Shown here piece after piece: positions 1-9,828 of a stretch of 64,000 nt of DNA (within the stretch, counting starts at the first letter, position 1; the number at the start of each line of letters is the position of its first letter). The notes under the pieces are model-generated. The model saw only the letters and a list, made by a program, of their open reading frames with translations, made no database searches and had not been told where the DNA came from. This DNA is from an uncultured cyanobacterium. GTDB lineage: Bacteria; Cyanobacteriota; Cyanobacteriia; Cyanobacteriales; CAWUOF01. The stretch spans positions 3,552,001 through 3,616,000 of the forward strand of contig CAVUSO010000001.1 in assembly GCA_963744145.1 (NCBI GenBank). Direction: 5' to 3'. The position numbers were made by a program, and so were the translations under genes.

Positions 1-1
1 A

Positions 2-1018
2 AATCCGCGGGAGACTCATTAATGGTGCATGAACATCAAATGGGGGTAATTCCGCTTCAGTTATGACTAGCTGATTAATTCCAGCACAGGTAGTCAGTAA
101 TCTGACCAGTGATTGTGGACACAAAACAATTACTTTTCCTCCATGCGCTTGTACTTTGGTAGCATAGCGGATCGCTTGGATTGTATCACCAAACCCCTGC
201 TCGTGATGCAGCAAGATCCTCTTTCCCTCCAGGTCTGAACCATTCCAAACAGGTTGGGGAAATGAGCGGGTTTGATTTTTTTTCACTTGAGTGCGCCATT
301 CATATTCAGCAAATCCAAGTTCAAATTCCCCCATTCTGAGTAACATCATTCCCAGACTTAAATGTGTTTCCCCCTTATTTGGATTAAGTGCAATCGCTTG
401 ATGACAATAATTTATACCTTTGGCAAATTCTCCCTGATTTTCTAAGGCTAGACCCATATTATAGTAAGGTTGAACAATATTGGGATTAATATCGATCGCT
501 CTTTGGTAGCAAATTACAGCAGCTTCAAATTTATTTTGTTTCTCAAAAACTGTTCCTTGATTATTATAAGCCATGAAGAAATTTGGGTCGAGATTAATCG
601 CTTGCTCATAACAACTAAGCGCAGCTTCAAGTTGGTTTTGTGCTAATAATGTATTGCCGAGCTTATTATGTATTTTCGGTAGTTCTGGGTTGAATTCGAG
701 AATTTGCCGATAGATGATTTCCGCTTGGGGAAACTTACTTATTTCTTGGAGATGGGTGGCTTCTGTATCCAATAAATCAATCAATTCGACTGTCCATGTT
801 TCCAGTTCCATGCTCGTTCCTTGGAGCATAATTGACCACCACAATTCTTGCGCTAGGGATTCTTTTCTTTGGAGCAGATATACTAATCCTAATCGCCAAT
901 AATTAGCTCGATCGGTAGGATAATTTTCAATATATTGTTGATATATAGCGATCGCTTCCTCATATTTTTCTTGAGCCAAATACTCTGCTGCTTGGTGGTT
1001 TAGAGCGGGAACATTCAT
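2..1018 (-). CDS. TPR-repeat protein with GT9-like (GT-B) glycosyltransferase domain, partial (runs off window start)
   Basis: Not in the ORF track. Hand translation from ATG at 1018: MNVPALNHQAAEYLAQEKYEEAIAIY...NYWRLGL...TPRs...FAEYEWR...PVWNGSDLEGKRILLHHEQGFGDTIQ...DVHAPLMSLPRI. Clear paralog of 1027-2703. Confidence 0.9.
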   Translation of the reverse strand, partial: MNVPALNHQAAEYLAQEKYEEAIAIYQQYIENYPTDRANYWRLGLVYLLQRKESLAQELWWSIMLQGTSMELETWTVELIDLLDTEATHLQEISKFPQAEIIYRQILEFNPELPKIHNKLGNTLLAQNQLEAALSCYEQAINLDPNFFMAYNNQGTVFEKQNKFEAAVICYQRAIDINPNIVQPYYNMGLALENQGEFAKGINYCHQAIALNPNKGETHLSLGMMLLRMGEFELGFAEYEWRTQVKKNQTRSFPQPVWNGSDLEGKRILLHHEQGFGDTIQAIRYATKVQAHGGKVIVLCPQSLVRLLTTCAGINQLVITEAELPPFDVHAPLMSLPRI

Positions 1019-1026
1019 AATGATAT

Positions 1027-2703
1027 TTAATAGGATTTTGCTAAATTTTGGAGTTGTTGTGTTACTTGTGTAAATACTCCAGCCCAATCTCCCAGGTTTG
1101 GCTGACGAAATAAACGCATACTGGGATACCAAGGAGTATCAGAACGCTCTAAGAGCCATCGATTATCTGGTACATAAGATATTAGCACCCAGACTGGTTT
1201 GCCGATCGCTCCAGTTAAATGTGCAACAGCAGTATCGACAGTAATGACTAGATCAAGCTGGGATATAATTGCCGCAGTATCAGCAAAGTCACCTAACTCA
1301 GAGTTTAAATCTTGGATCACTATTTCTGATGGTAATTGAGCTAAATCTAATGCTCTTGGTCCTTTTTGGAGACTGTAAAAAGTAATCCCAGATATCTGCA
1401 AAAGGTCTTGAAATTGAGTTAAAGAACAGGAACGACTACGATCTTTAGGATGATGAGGATTACCTGCCCAAACGATCCCAATTTTGAGCTGGTTAGTTTT
1501 TGGTTCGAGTTGACAATTGACCGATGTTGGAGGACTTAGATAGGGAATTGAGCAAGGGATTGTTTCTAAAGTAGTTTTAAATATATAGGGAAGACTCATT
1601 AAGGGTAAATGAACATCAAACCTGGGTAACTCAGTTTCAGTAACAACTAGTTGATTGATTCCAGCACAAGTAGACAGTAATCTAGCCAGTGGTGGTGGAC
1701 ATAAAACTACTACTTTTCCACCACAGGCTTGAACTTTTTCTGCATAACGGATAAACTGAATTGTATCACCAAAACCATATTCAGCATGAAGTAAAATTGT
1801 ACTTCCTGCTAAATCTGAACCATCCCAAAGCGGTTGAGGAAAAGAAAGTGGTGGATTCTCTCCTCCTAACCCCATCCGCCATTCCGCTTCAGCAAATCCA
1901 TGTTCAAAGTCTCCACATCTGATTAAAATTAGCCCTCGATTTAAGTGGGCATTACCAAAGTTTGGATTCAGTTCAATTGCCCGACTGTAGCATTCTAGGG
2001 CTTCTTTAAACTCTCCTCGATCTTCAAGAGCTAATCCTAAGTTGTTATGTAGTAAAGCATTGTTGGGATCAAGTTGAAGGGATTGCTGATAATAACTAAT
2101 CGCTTGATCTAGTTGGTCTTGTTTTTGAAAAATAATCCCTAAATTGTAGTAAGTCATCGCGAATTTTGGCTCGATCGCAAGGGCTTTTTGGTAACAAGTT
2201 ATTGCCTGATCAATTCGACCTTGTCTCTCAAAAATTAATCCTAAATTATGATAATTAATTGGAGAATTTGGAGCTAAATTTATCGCTTGTTCATAGCAAT
2301 ATATAGCTGACTCAAGCTGATTTTGGCTAATTAAGATATTGCCTAATATGTTATATATTTCAAGTGCTTCTGGCTGTAATTCTAAAATTTGCCAATAGAT
2401 GGTTTCTGCTAATTGCAATTTTCCTGATTCCAGGTAATCGGTTGCTACTGCTTGCAAAAACTCAATTAATTCAGTTGTCCAGATTTCAATTTGTTCAGGA
2501 TTTCCTAAGCTAATTGCTGATAACCATACTCCTTGAGCTTCTAATTCTTCTCCTTGGAGTAACCAGGCTAATCCTAAATTCCAATAATTAGATTGGTCTG
2601 TAGGCTGCTCGGTAATACATTGTTGGTAAATAGCGATCGCTTCGGGATATTTACATTGAGCTAAATATTCACCAGCCTGTTGCGGTCGGGCAATAATTTC
2701 CAT
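1027..2703 (-). CDS. TPR-repeat protein with C-terminal GT9/heptosyltransferase-like glycosyltransferase domain
   Basis: Several TPRs (YHNLGLIFERQGRIDQAITCYQKAL), then PLWDGSDL...EYGFGDTIQF...KIGIVWAGNP...DLVITVDTAVAHLTGAIGKPVW...PWYPSMRLFRQ. Confidence 0.88.
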   Translation of the reverse strand: MEIIARPQQAGEYLAQCKYPEAIAIYQQCITEQPTDQSNYWNLGLAWLLQGEELEAQGVWLSAISLGNPEQIEIWTTELIEFLQAVATDYLESGKLQLAETIYWQILELQPEALEIYNILGNILISQNQLESAIYCYEQAINLAPNSPINYHNLGLIFERQGRIDQAITCYQKALAIEPKFAMTYYNLGIIFQKQDQLDQAISYYQQSLQLDPNNALLHNNLGLALEDRGEFKEALECYSRAIELNPNFGNAHLNRGLILIRCGDFEHGFAEAEWRMGLGGENPPLSFPQPLWDGSDLAGSTILLHAEYGFGDTIQFIRYAEKVQACGGKVVVLCPPPLARLLSTCAGINQLVVTETELPRFDVHLPLMSLPYIFKTTLETIPCSIPYLSPPTSVNCQLEPKTNQLKIGIVWAGNPHHPKDRSRSCSLTQFQDLLQISGITFYSLQKGPRALDLAQLPSEIVIQDLNSELGDFADTAAIISQLDLVITVDTAVAHLTGAIGKPVWVLISYVPDNRWLLERSDTPWYPSMRLFRQPNLGDWAGVFTQVTQQLQNLAKSY

Positions 2704-2820
2704 GTGCTGTTCAAATTACCTCAAAAACTAGCATAATCTCATCCCAATTTCATAGATTAGCACTACAAATTGCTCGATCGCTAATCTCAAGGAAACATCA
2801 ACAAAATTTTATCCAGGTCC

Positions 2821-2857
2821 GTAGTTGCGATCAGAGCGCCGCTTTCATCGCAACTAC
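2821..2857. repeat. GTAG-type REP-like palindrome
   Basis: GTAGTTGCGAT-N15-ATCGCAACTAC, 11-bp perfect arms. Confidence 0.65.
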
Positions 2858-2887
2858 ATACTCTTCTACGCCCTTCAACTTCGCCCC

Positions 2888-2992
2888 CTTCGACTACGCT
2901 CAGGGCACGCTTCGACTTCGCTCAGGGCACGCTTCGACTTCGCTCAGGGCACGCTTCGACTTCGCTCAGGGCACGCTTCGACTTCGCTCAGG
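2888..2992 (+). repeat. 22-bp tandem repeat (CTTCGACTTCGCTCAGGGCACG, 4 full copies plus a partial one)
   Basis: Units start at 2888, 2910, 2932, 2954 and 2976 (partial). The first unit has one mismatch. There are no spacers. Confidence 0.95.
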
Positions 2993-3394
2993 TTAAACAA
3001 GCAGATAAACGAACGGACAAGCTTGGGCTGATCTGAACCGTATTATAGATGATCTATAGTCAGAATTTCCCTAATTGGGATTAAATTGAATTGTGAGTGT
3101 GCCCGTTGCCCCACCAGCTTGGTCATATAATTTCTTCAAACTCATAACGACTACGCTTAGGATACCTGATTTAATCAGGAAGAAGAAAAAAAGCTCCAAA
3201 GGTTGTCAATGTGGGTGATGTATGATATGTAGGATAATCCCTGCGGCGCGGTTGGATGCCGCTTGTCCGGTTTAAGCAAATTCCTCAATAGCTGGTAATC
3301 CTTTATTGATAAGCTTTTAGAGCGATCGCCACCAGCAGGAAAGAAAAGTTGAAAAAAAAAAATTTCCGCACCTGATATGAAAGTAAGTTGAGAT

Positions 3395-3401
3395 GGGTAA
3401 G
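3395..3401 (+). promoter_or_regulatory. SigF-type promoter element (GGGTAAG) upstream of pilA
   Basis: GGGTAAG lies about 55 bp upstream of the pilin ATG, with an AAGGAG RBS at about 3440. GGGTAA is the known SigF extended -10 element of cyanobacterial pilA1 promoters. Confidence 0.65.
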
Positions 3402-3453
3402 TTAGAATCAAGAGAAAGAAATCAAACATCCCATACCTCAAGGAGACCCTGTT

Positions 3454-3975
3454 ATGAAGACCGAATTTAAAGCCAAATACCTATATCACTTAAATAGCAA
3501 AAAAGGCGATAAAGGTTTTACTCTAATTGAACTACTAGTTGTTATCATCATTATCGGTATTCTTGCTGCGATCGCTCTACCTTCATTCCTCAGCCAAGCA
3601 GCTAAAGCGAGACAATCTGAAGGTAAAAGCTATGTTGGTGCTACTAACCGCGCTCAACAAGCCTATCGTCTAGAAAACCCTCAATTTGCTAGCCAATTTA
3701 CCGCCTTAAAGATTGGTCTACCTAGCCAAAGTTCTAACTATTCTTATACACTTGGTACGACTAACAATACAACCACAGCATTCATCACTGCTGATGCTGT
3801 AGACCCGACTTCTACTAAATCCTTTATCGGTCTAGTAACAATTAGCGCCACTGGTAACTCTGTTGCAGGTGCTTGCGAAACAACTGCTGCTGGTACTGCC
3901 GCTAGCATTAGTTCCGGTATCACTAGTGATGGTACTTCCGTTACTTGTACTGCTCCTGCGGAACAAATGCAATAG
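3454..3975 (+). CDS. pilA: Major type IV pilin (PilA1)
   Basis: Class III signal peptide ...KKGDKG|FTLIELLVVIIIIGILAAIALPSFL, then ARQSEGKSYVGATNRAQQAYRLE and a C-terminal Cys pair. Strong RBS and its own terminator. Confidence 0.97.
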   Translation: MKTEFKAKYLYHLNSKKGDKGFTLIELLVVIIIIGILAAIALPSFLSQAAKARQSEGKSYVGATNRAQQAYRLENPQFASQFTALKIGLPSQSSNYSYTLGTTNNTTTAFITADAVDPTSTKSFIGLVTISATGNSVAGACETTAAGTAASISSGITSDGTSVTCTAPAEQMQ

Positions 3976-4018
3976 TAAGAGCGTTTTTTACTTTGTTGAG
4001 CTGATCAAAATTTTAATC

Positions 4019-4056
4019 AAGGCTATCAGTCAAAAGAGTTTGGCTGATAGTTTTTG
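4019..4056 (+). terminator. Intrinsic terminator/stem-loop after pilA
   Basis: ggctatcagtcaaa-agag-tttggctgatagtt stem followed by a T-run. Confidence 0.8.
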
Positions 4057-4075
4057 TATTATCTAAATACCATAA

Positions 4076-6220
4076 ATGGAAATTAAGTCCAATCGAAGAA
4101 TATTAATTTATCAGCAAGCGATCGCCGCTAATCCCACAAAAATATCGAATTACTGGCAGTTAGGATTAGCACTACTTCTAGATGGACAAGAAGCGGAAGC
4201 ACAGCTAACTTGGATGTCTACTTTACTGGATGCTGACTCGGAGCAAGAACAAGAATGGCTAGGTGAATTATTGCAGATCTTACAAGAAGAAGCCCAACAG
4301 CAAGAAGCTAGATGCCAAGATCAGACAGCATGGTTAATCAGACAACATATTCAACAAATTTTTCCGGAAAACCTGGACAATTTATTGCGGATTGTTCAAC
4401 TAGCGATCGCTACTGAAACTTTAACCAATGATGAGCCAGCTTTATCTCAAGTCATTAAAATTCTTCATGAAGCTAATTTAACAATTAACTCTGATTTATT
4501 ACTAACAGTTCTACAACAAGTTTTAAATTTTGATCCCTATCCATCAGTTGTCATTGAATTAGCAGAAGCTTGTAGATTATATCATACTGATCAGCAAAAT
4601 TTACTGAAAATATTATTAGAAAGAGCCAGGAAATTTGAGCAAACTTGTCGTCCTGATTTGGCTTTACCGTTAGGGAAAATTTGTCTACAAATTAGTCCTA
4701 ACAATGCTTATGTTTTGGAATGTATGATCACATTTTTACAAGACTTAGGTAAAAGTTTAGAAAGTATTCCTTTAGCTAAACAGCGTCTCCAACAAGCACA
4801 GCATATAGCTGAAAAAATTGTCATTACTCACTCCATGCTCAGAGGTTTAATGCAAGCAGGTGGAGAATGGGAAAATACTAATAATGTCCATGAAAATTAT
4901 AAAAATTTATTATTAGATTTTGTCCAAGTCAAAAATAAAACTCCTTTAGATTATCTGACTAGAATAATTTTAGCTGGTGGTTTTTTCCCTTATCTTAAAG
5001 ATCAGCCAGCTATCAATCGTCCAATTCGCAATCAGTTTGCTAGGGTTTGTCAAGATAATTTGCGAAATTATTTTCCAGAGCAGGTAAGCAGATATCAGCA
5101 ACATTCTCTTGCTGTAACTAGAGTTAATTCTCCAGTTTTAAAAATTGGCTATTTATCTGAATGCTTTCGTCAACACTCAGTTGGTTGGTTAGTGCGGTGG
5201 ATTTTTAAGTATCATAACTCTAATCGATTTGAAATTCATGCTTACTCCTTGCGTCATACAGGAGATGTGTTACAACAGCGGTTTGCTTCGGAATATTGCA
5301 CTAATTTTCACGAATTATCCGGTTCGGTAGAGGAAAGTGCAGATCAAATTTATCAAGATGGAATCAATGTGCTAGTTGATCTAGATAGTCTCACCTCTAA
5401 CTATGCTTGTACTATTCTGGCACTGAAACCAGCTCCAATTCAAGTTACTTGGTTAGGATTTGATGCTTCCGGACTACCTGCAATTGATTATTTCTTTGCT
5501 GATCCTTACGTCTTACCAGACTCAGCCCAAGATTACTATACAGAAAAAATTTGGCGATTGCCTCAAAGTTATATCTGCGTTGATGGATTTGAAGTGGGTA
5601 TACCAACTTTACATCGGGAACAACTTGATATTCCGCGGGAAGCAATTATATATTTTAGTTCTCAGACTGGATATAAACGTCATCCTCATAATATTCAACT
5701 CCAAATGCAAATTTTGAAGGAAGTACCTAATAGTTACTTTCTGATCAAAGGACTGGATACAGATTTAGAATCAGTTAAAAATTTATTTGCTCAAATAGCT
5801 GCTGATGTAGGGGTATCATTTGCACAACTGCGTTTTTTATCTCGCACAGAATCTTCTTTGACGCATAGAGCTAATTTAGCTATTGCTGATGTAGTGTTAG
5901 ATACTTATCCTTATAATGGTGCGACCACTACTTTAGAAACTCTCTGGATGGGAGTACCTTTAGTAACAAGAGTGGGGGAACAATTTGCCAGTCGTAATAG
6001 CTATACTATGTTGATGAATGTAGGTGTAACAGCAGGAATTGCTTGGACAGATGCTGAGTATGTTGATTGGGGAATTCGCTTGGGTAAAGATGCTCAATTA
6101 CGTCAGCAGATATCTTGGAAACTCCGGGAATCTAGACAAACCGCTCCCTTATGGAATGCTAAACAGTTTACTTATGAACTTGAACAAGCTTATGAGCAAA
6201 TGGTGATGCTGAAAAGTTAA
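4076..6220 (+). CDS. ogtA: O-GlcNAc transferase, SPINDLY/GT41 family (OgtA-like), directly downstream of pilA
   Basis: LKIGYLSECFRQHSVGW, LVDLDSLT, KPAPIQVTWLG, GYKRHP, DVVLDTYPYNGATTTLETLWMGVP. Same pilA-ogt order as in Nostoc. Confidence 0.9.
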   Translation: MEIKSNRRILIYQQAIAANPTKISNYWQLGLALLLDGQEAEAQLTWMSTLLDADSEQEQEWLGELLQILQEEAQQQEARCQDQTAWLIRQHIQQIFPENLDNLLRIVQLAIATETLTNDEPALSQVIKILHEANLTINSDLLLTVLQQVLNFDPYPSVVIELAEACRLYHTDQQNLLKILLERARKFEQTCRPDLALPLGKICLQISPNNAYVLECMITFLQDLGKSLESIPLAKQRLQQAQHIAEKIVITHSMLRGLMQAGGEWENTNNVHENYKNLLLDFVQVKNKTPLDYLTRIILAGGFFPYLKDQPAINRPIRNQFARVCQDNLRNYFPEQVSRYQQHSLAVTRVNSPVLKIGYLSECFRQHSVGWLVRWIFKYHNSNRFEIHAYSLRHTGDVLQQRFASEYCTNFHELSGSVEESADQIYQDGINVLVDLDSLTSNYACTILALKPAPIQVTWLGFDASGLPAIDYFFADPYVLPDSAQDYYTEKIWRLPQSYICVDGFEVGIPTLHREQLDIPREAIIYFSSQTGYKRHPHNIQLQMQILKEVPNSYFLIKGLDTDLESVKNLFAQIAADVGVSFAQLRFLSRTESSLTHRANLAIADVVLDTYPYNGATTTLETLWMGVPLVTRVGEQFASRNSYTMLMNVGVTAGIAWTDAEYVDWGIRLGKDAQLRQQISWKLRESRQTAPLWNAKQFTYELEQAYEQMVMLKS

Positions 6221-6245
6221 AAAATCTTTGATCATCCATTTTTTA

Positions 6246-6962
6246 TTATAAGTCTGTCGAAGGATTGGGCACTCTGAATATTACAAAAGATTGATAACCT
6301 GTATCTATCAAAGTATGCTGAAATTTGGTATCTTTAATGAGATCATCAGCTACCCTTTTTATTGGTGAGTTATTACGATTTTGTTCATCATACCAACCAA
6401 AATAATCATGCAAAATAAAATATCCTCCCGGTCGCAAATAGGGCACGTATTGTAAAACATCTGCTGCACATCCATCATAACGGTGATCTCCATCCATAAA
6501 AATCAAATCTACTTTTTCAGTAAAGGTTACTTCTGAGGAGCGTTTATCAATAAACTCAACATATTCAATCAAACCAGCTTGGGCGATTAATTTAGTTGCT
6601 TCTGAGGTAGGAAATGGGTCAATTGAGTAAAATTTACGTACTTGCGGTTTTTCAAAGTCCTCATAATTTATATCTGGGCGTTGCTTGTGCATCATGGGTT
6701 CTTGCCAATCAATTTCTAGAAACTTTAAAGCACTAGCTAAACAAAGAGTAGAAAAACCCTTAAATCGTCCGATTTCAATTATTCTAGATGCTCGAATTGT
6801 GACGGCTAGAGAAAAAAGAGTCATCCCCAGACCAAACTCGGAACCAGCAGATTCTAATGAAGAGCGCATAAATTGGAAGAACCTGCCAAAATAAGGAGGA
6901 ATTTCTTCCTGATTTTGGTGCAGTAATTCAGTTACGGCGTTATATTCACGGCTAGACTGCAT
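6246..6962 (-). CDS. Class I SAM-dependent methyltransferase (Methyltransf_24-like)
   Basis: IIEIGRFKGFST motif I, DLIFMDGDHRY, LRPGGYFILHD. Confidence 0.88.
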   Translation of the reverse strand: MQSSREYNAVTELLHQNQEEIPPYFGRFFQFMRSSLESAGSEFGLGMTLFSLAVTIRASRIIEIGRFKGFSTLCLASALKFLEIDWQEPMMHKQRPDINYEDFEKPQVRKFYSIDPFPTSEATKLIAQAGLIEYVEFIDKRSSEVTFTEKVDLIFMDGDHRYDGCAADVLQYVPYLRPGGYFILHDYFGWYDEQNRNNSPIKRVADDLIKDTKFQHTLIDTGYQSFVIFRVPNPSTDL

Positions 6963-7030
6963 AAGTTAACTCTCCAAAGTTATCATGATCTATAAGAATG
7001 GTTTGCCCGAAGATATCAAAATATCCTTAA

Positions 7031-7093
7031 CTAGCCCAGCAAGGGCATGAAGTATTTCTTTTTAATCATACCTTACGCTCTGGCAGATCCTGC
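7031..7093 (+). pseudogene. 63-bp fragment of the 5' part of the 16649-20011 glycosyltransferase gene
   Basis: 62/63 identical to 16757-16819 (ctagcccagcaagggcatgaag...ggcaKatcctgc). Confidence 0.9.
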
Positions 7094-7100
7094 TGAAAAG

Positions 7101-9797
7101 TTAAAAATTCTCTCTTCTTGATTGAACAGCCTGCTGATAAAATGCTTCTAGACCTTTTACGCACTCTTGATCATTATAAAGATAGTCGTGCCGTTCCTTG
7201 ATGCGTTTGATGATATCATGTCGCCAATCTGAGTTTAAACCTAATTTGACAGCAATTTTAATATACTCTGCTTCTGTGTCTGCAATGGTTTCTGTAACTC
7301 CTAGCATTCGGAGAATCCCATAGGAGTGACGTCCACGCATAAATTCACCAGGACAAGTTACTACTGGTAAATTACAAGCGATCGCTTCTAGTGTAGTTTT
7401 TCCACCAGACCAACTAAAGGTATCCAGAAAAATATCTGAAAGTAAATTTAGCTGCAAATAATCCACTGTAGACATTCGAGGTAAAATGATACAGTATTTT
7501 TCACTATTTAACCCTAATGTTTCAAAAGCACGTTGCAAACGCTGACGAAATAAGTTAGTAACTGATTCGGTATCATGAGCTAAAAATGCAAACTTTGATT
7601 GGGATACTTGAGCGGCAATTTCTGCAAAAATATAGTCATACTGAGGTAAATATTTATACAGAGACTGACAAGATAAATAGATAATATTATCTTCAGGTAA
7701 ATTAAAATCTGAACGACTTTTAGTTAGGGGAGGAATAGGTGGTTTAGAATAAGAAACTCCCAGATTAGGTAAGCGGATTAAGGTCTCCGAATAATGGTCT
7801 TGACCATTTTCTGGTTCCATTAAGTCACTAGATAGAAAGTAATCTATGTTTGGTAACCCTGATGTAACTGGATGACACCAGGTTGTGCATTGAATTGGTG
7901 CAAGACGTAATGCTGCTAGTAGGGTTGATTTAGGATACATTCCAATATCAATAAATACGAGAATATCTAATTGGTCAGCTATGATTTGTTGAGCAACTAT
8001 TTCCACACTACTATAAACAATATGATGAAAAATATCGCTATAAAGTTGAAACTCTTCACTCACGGAGTCGATTTTTTGATCAAGATAATAAGCATAAATT
8101 TCAAACCTTTGTCGATCGCAATAACGCAACCAACCAAGGGATAAATTAGCAACCACATGTTGTCGCATATTCACCGAAATATAACCAATCCTAATTTGAT
8201 CATTTTCCGTCCGAGGTGGTAGCGATCGCGGTTGGATAAATGCGGGATAACTAGCAGTTACAACTCGCTCAACAAATTCTCCATAGTAACTCTGTAATTC
8301 TCGGTCATTAAGACCTTGGTATGCTAGAAAAAAGTTGGTGTTTGCACCTATCCCAATCAACGCATTGTTAACATTTTCAGGAGTGAAAAGAGCTGTTTGC
8401 TGAATCAAATTGTGCAATCCCTGGGTAAACTGCTGACGGTAATAATTGACTTCTGCTTCTGTGCTATAAAGAGTAGGTAATTTTAATTGTTTTCTCAACC
8501 TGGAAATTGCTAAGTTATGCAGAATGTCTGGATTTGACGGTTCCCTGTGCTGTAATTGTTCATAAAGTTCGATCGCTTCCTCTGGTTGTCCTTGCATTAA
8601 TAGTGCATTACCTAAATTGATATGACTACCAATATGGTTGGGATTAATTGCGATCGCTTGACGGTATAGTTCTTCTGCTTGTTTGTAGTTTCCATTCCAC
8701 AATAAAATATTCCCCAAGTTATTATAAGCATCAATATAGTTAGGATCGATTTCAATTGCTCTTTCATAAGCAGCGATCGCTTCTGGATGATTATCTACCT
8801 TTTGTAATACCATCCCAATTCCGTAATAAACCAGTGCTTTTGCAGCATCAATTTCTAAAGCTTTACATAGTGCATTTATTGCTTCGGGGTATCGCTCTGT
8901 TGTATAATAAAGCATTCCCAAATTATACCAAATATCAAAATTCCTTTCATCCCATCGGATAAACTGTTGATATTTTTCCTCTGCTCCAGTTAAATGTCCT
9001 TGTTGATGTAGCTCAATTGCTTCTTGATAAAGAGATGCTAATGCTTTTTTATTTTGCTGACAGGGTAAGCTATAAATTGCTCGAACAACTGATTGGTTAC
9101 GAATTTGGCAAAAATTTGTCCAATCATGGTGATTAATTCTTTCTATATCCCAACTTAAAACTTGGATACCATTACCAAATCCGCGATCGCTATCTTGGGT
9201 GGTAGATAAGTCTAGTGCTAACTGACATTGAGGATAAGCAGCAATGAAGTCCCAAGTAGCTTGTTGCACTGTTCCCCAATTACTATCATTGATAATAATT
9301 AACGCTTGATCAGCTAGAAACGGTGTCACTAACAGTAATCCTAACAACTGCGATCGATAACCGTGATTACCATTATAAAAATACACTCCTATTTTATCTG
9401 GTAACCTCATTTCTCGAAGTTGAAAGAAAAATTCTTCAACTTCTTGATTGCAGAAAAAAACTTGTTCTTCCAGACCAAATTTAACTAGGTTTTCTATTAA
9501 TTTTTCTAATCTTTGGTCAAATTCTGAAAACTGATCTATAGCATAAACCATCTGTTCAGGATGGTTTAGCAGTGCTCCAATTAAAGTATCTCCTTTTCCA
9601 CAACCAACCTGACAATAAATTTCTTCTGGTGTTAAGCATTCTACCGCAAAATTGAGCAACTGCATCAAGTTAATGGTACTCAGTTCAGAAGAATTTTCAC
9701 CCAATCCATTGTAGTAGTTAGCTTTAGGTTGAACTGAATCTTGGTTCCAATTTTCGTACAATAGAGATAGTTGAGCGATAAATTTTTGATCTTTCAT
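7101..9797 (-). CDS. Methyltransferase-like domain + TPR + GT41 (OGT/SPINDLY) fusion
   Basis: Start moved to MKDQKFIAQL (9797) to match its paralogs. Motifs: YCQVGCGKGDT, TPRs, IRIGYIS..HVVA, LAPIQCTTWCHPVTSG, QSLYKYLP, DIFLDTFSWSGGKTTLEA. Confidence 0.88.
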   Translation of the reverse strand: MKDQKFIAQLSLLYENWNQDSVQPKANYYNGLGENSSELSTINLMQLLNFAVECLTPEEIYCQVGCGKGDTLIGALLNHPEQMVYAIDQFSEFDQRLEKLIENLVKFGLEEQVFFCNQEVEEFFFQLREMRLPDKIGVYFYNGNHGYRSQLLGLLLVTPFLADQALIIINDSNWGTVQQATWDFIAAYPQCQLALDLSTTQDSDRGFGNGIQVLSWDIERINHHDWTNFCQIRNQSVVRAIYSLPCQQNKKALASLYQEAIELHQQGHLTGAEEKYQQFIRWDERNFDIWYNLGMLYYTTERYPEAINALCKALEIDAAKALVYYGIGMVLQKVDNHPEAIAAYERAIEIDPNYIDAYNNLGNILLWNGNYKQAEELYRQAIAINPNHIGSHINLGNALLMQGQPEEAIELYEQLQHREPSNPDILHNLAISRLRKQLKLPTLYSTEAEVNYYRQQFTQGLHNLIQQTALFTPENVNNALIGIGANTNFFLAYQGLNDRELQSYYGEFVERVVTASYPAFIQPRSLPPRTENDQIRIGYISVNMRQHVVANLSLGWLRYCDRQRFEIYAYYLDQKIDSVSEEFQLYSDIFHHIVYSSVEIVAQQIIADQLDILVFIDIGMYPKSTLLAALRLAPIQCTTWCHPVTSGLPNIDYFLSSDLMEPENGQDHYSETLIRLPNLGVSYSKPPIPPLTKSRSDFNLPEDNIIYLSCQSLYKYLPQYDYIFAEIAAQVSQSKFAFLAHDTESVTNLFRQRLQRAFETLGLNSEKYCIILPRMSTVDYLQLNLLSDIFLDTFSWSGGKTTLEAIACNLPVVTCPGEFMRGRHSYGILRMLGVTETIADTEAEYIKIAVKLGLNSDWRHDIIKRIKERHDYLYNDQECVKGLEAFYQQAVQSRRENF

Positions 9798-9828
9798 ATT
9801 GATTTTACAGAAATTTAACTTTTTACAT

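Larger units (their letters stand above)
6207..7107. repeat. 17-bp direct repeat (TGCTGAAAAGTTAAAAA at 6207-6223 and 7091-7107) bracketing an inserted segment
   Basis: Identical 17-mers. The left copy contains the ogt stop codon; the right copy contains the stop of the convergent 7101 gene. Confidence 0.85.

Noticed and set aside
714..902. 62-aa plus-strand ORF, and the many other short ORFs overlapping long genes (e.g. 16928-17401, 38581-38931, 50181-50507, 55095-55430)
   Set aside because: Antisense or off-frame shadows of well-supported genes
948..955. Frequent GCGATCGC octamer throughout the window
   Set aside because: HIP1, a well-known cyanobacterial genome-wide repeat; useful only as a taxonomic marker
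2888..2992. Possible CRISPR array
   Set aside because: Units are head-to-tail with no unique spacers, and there are no cas genes in the window
2825..3031. 68-aa ORF
   Set aside because: It is a translation of the REP palindrome and tandem repeat, with no RBS or coding signal
3175..3441. 88-aa minus-strand ORF upstream of pilA
   Set aside because: Overlaps the pilA promoter and RBS, has low-complexity Phe runs from A-tracts, and shows no recognisable motif
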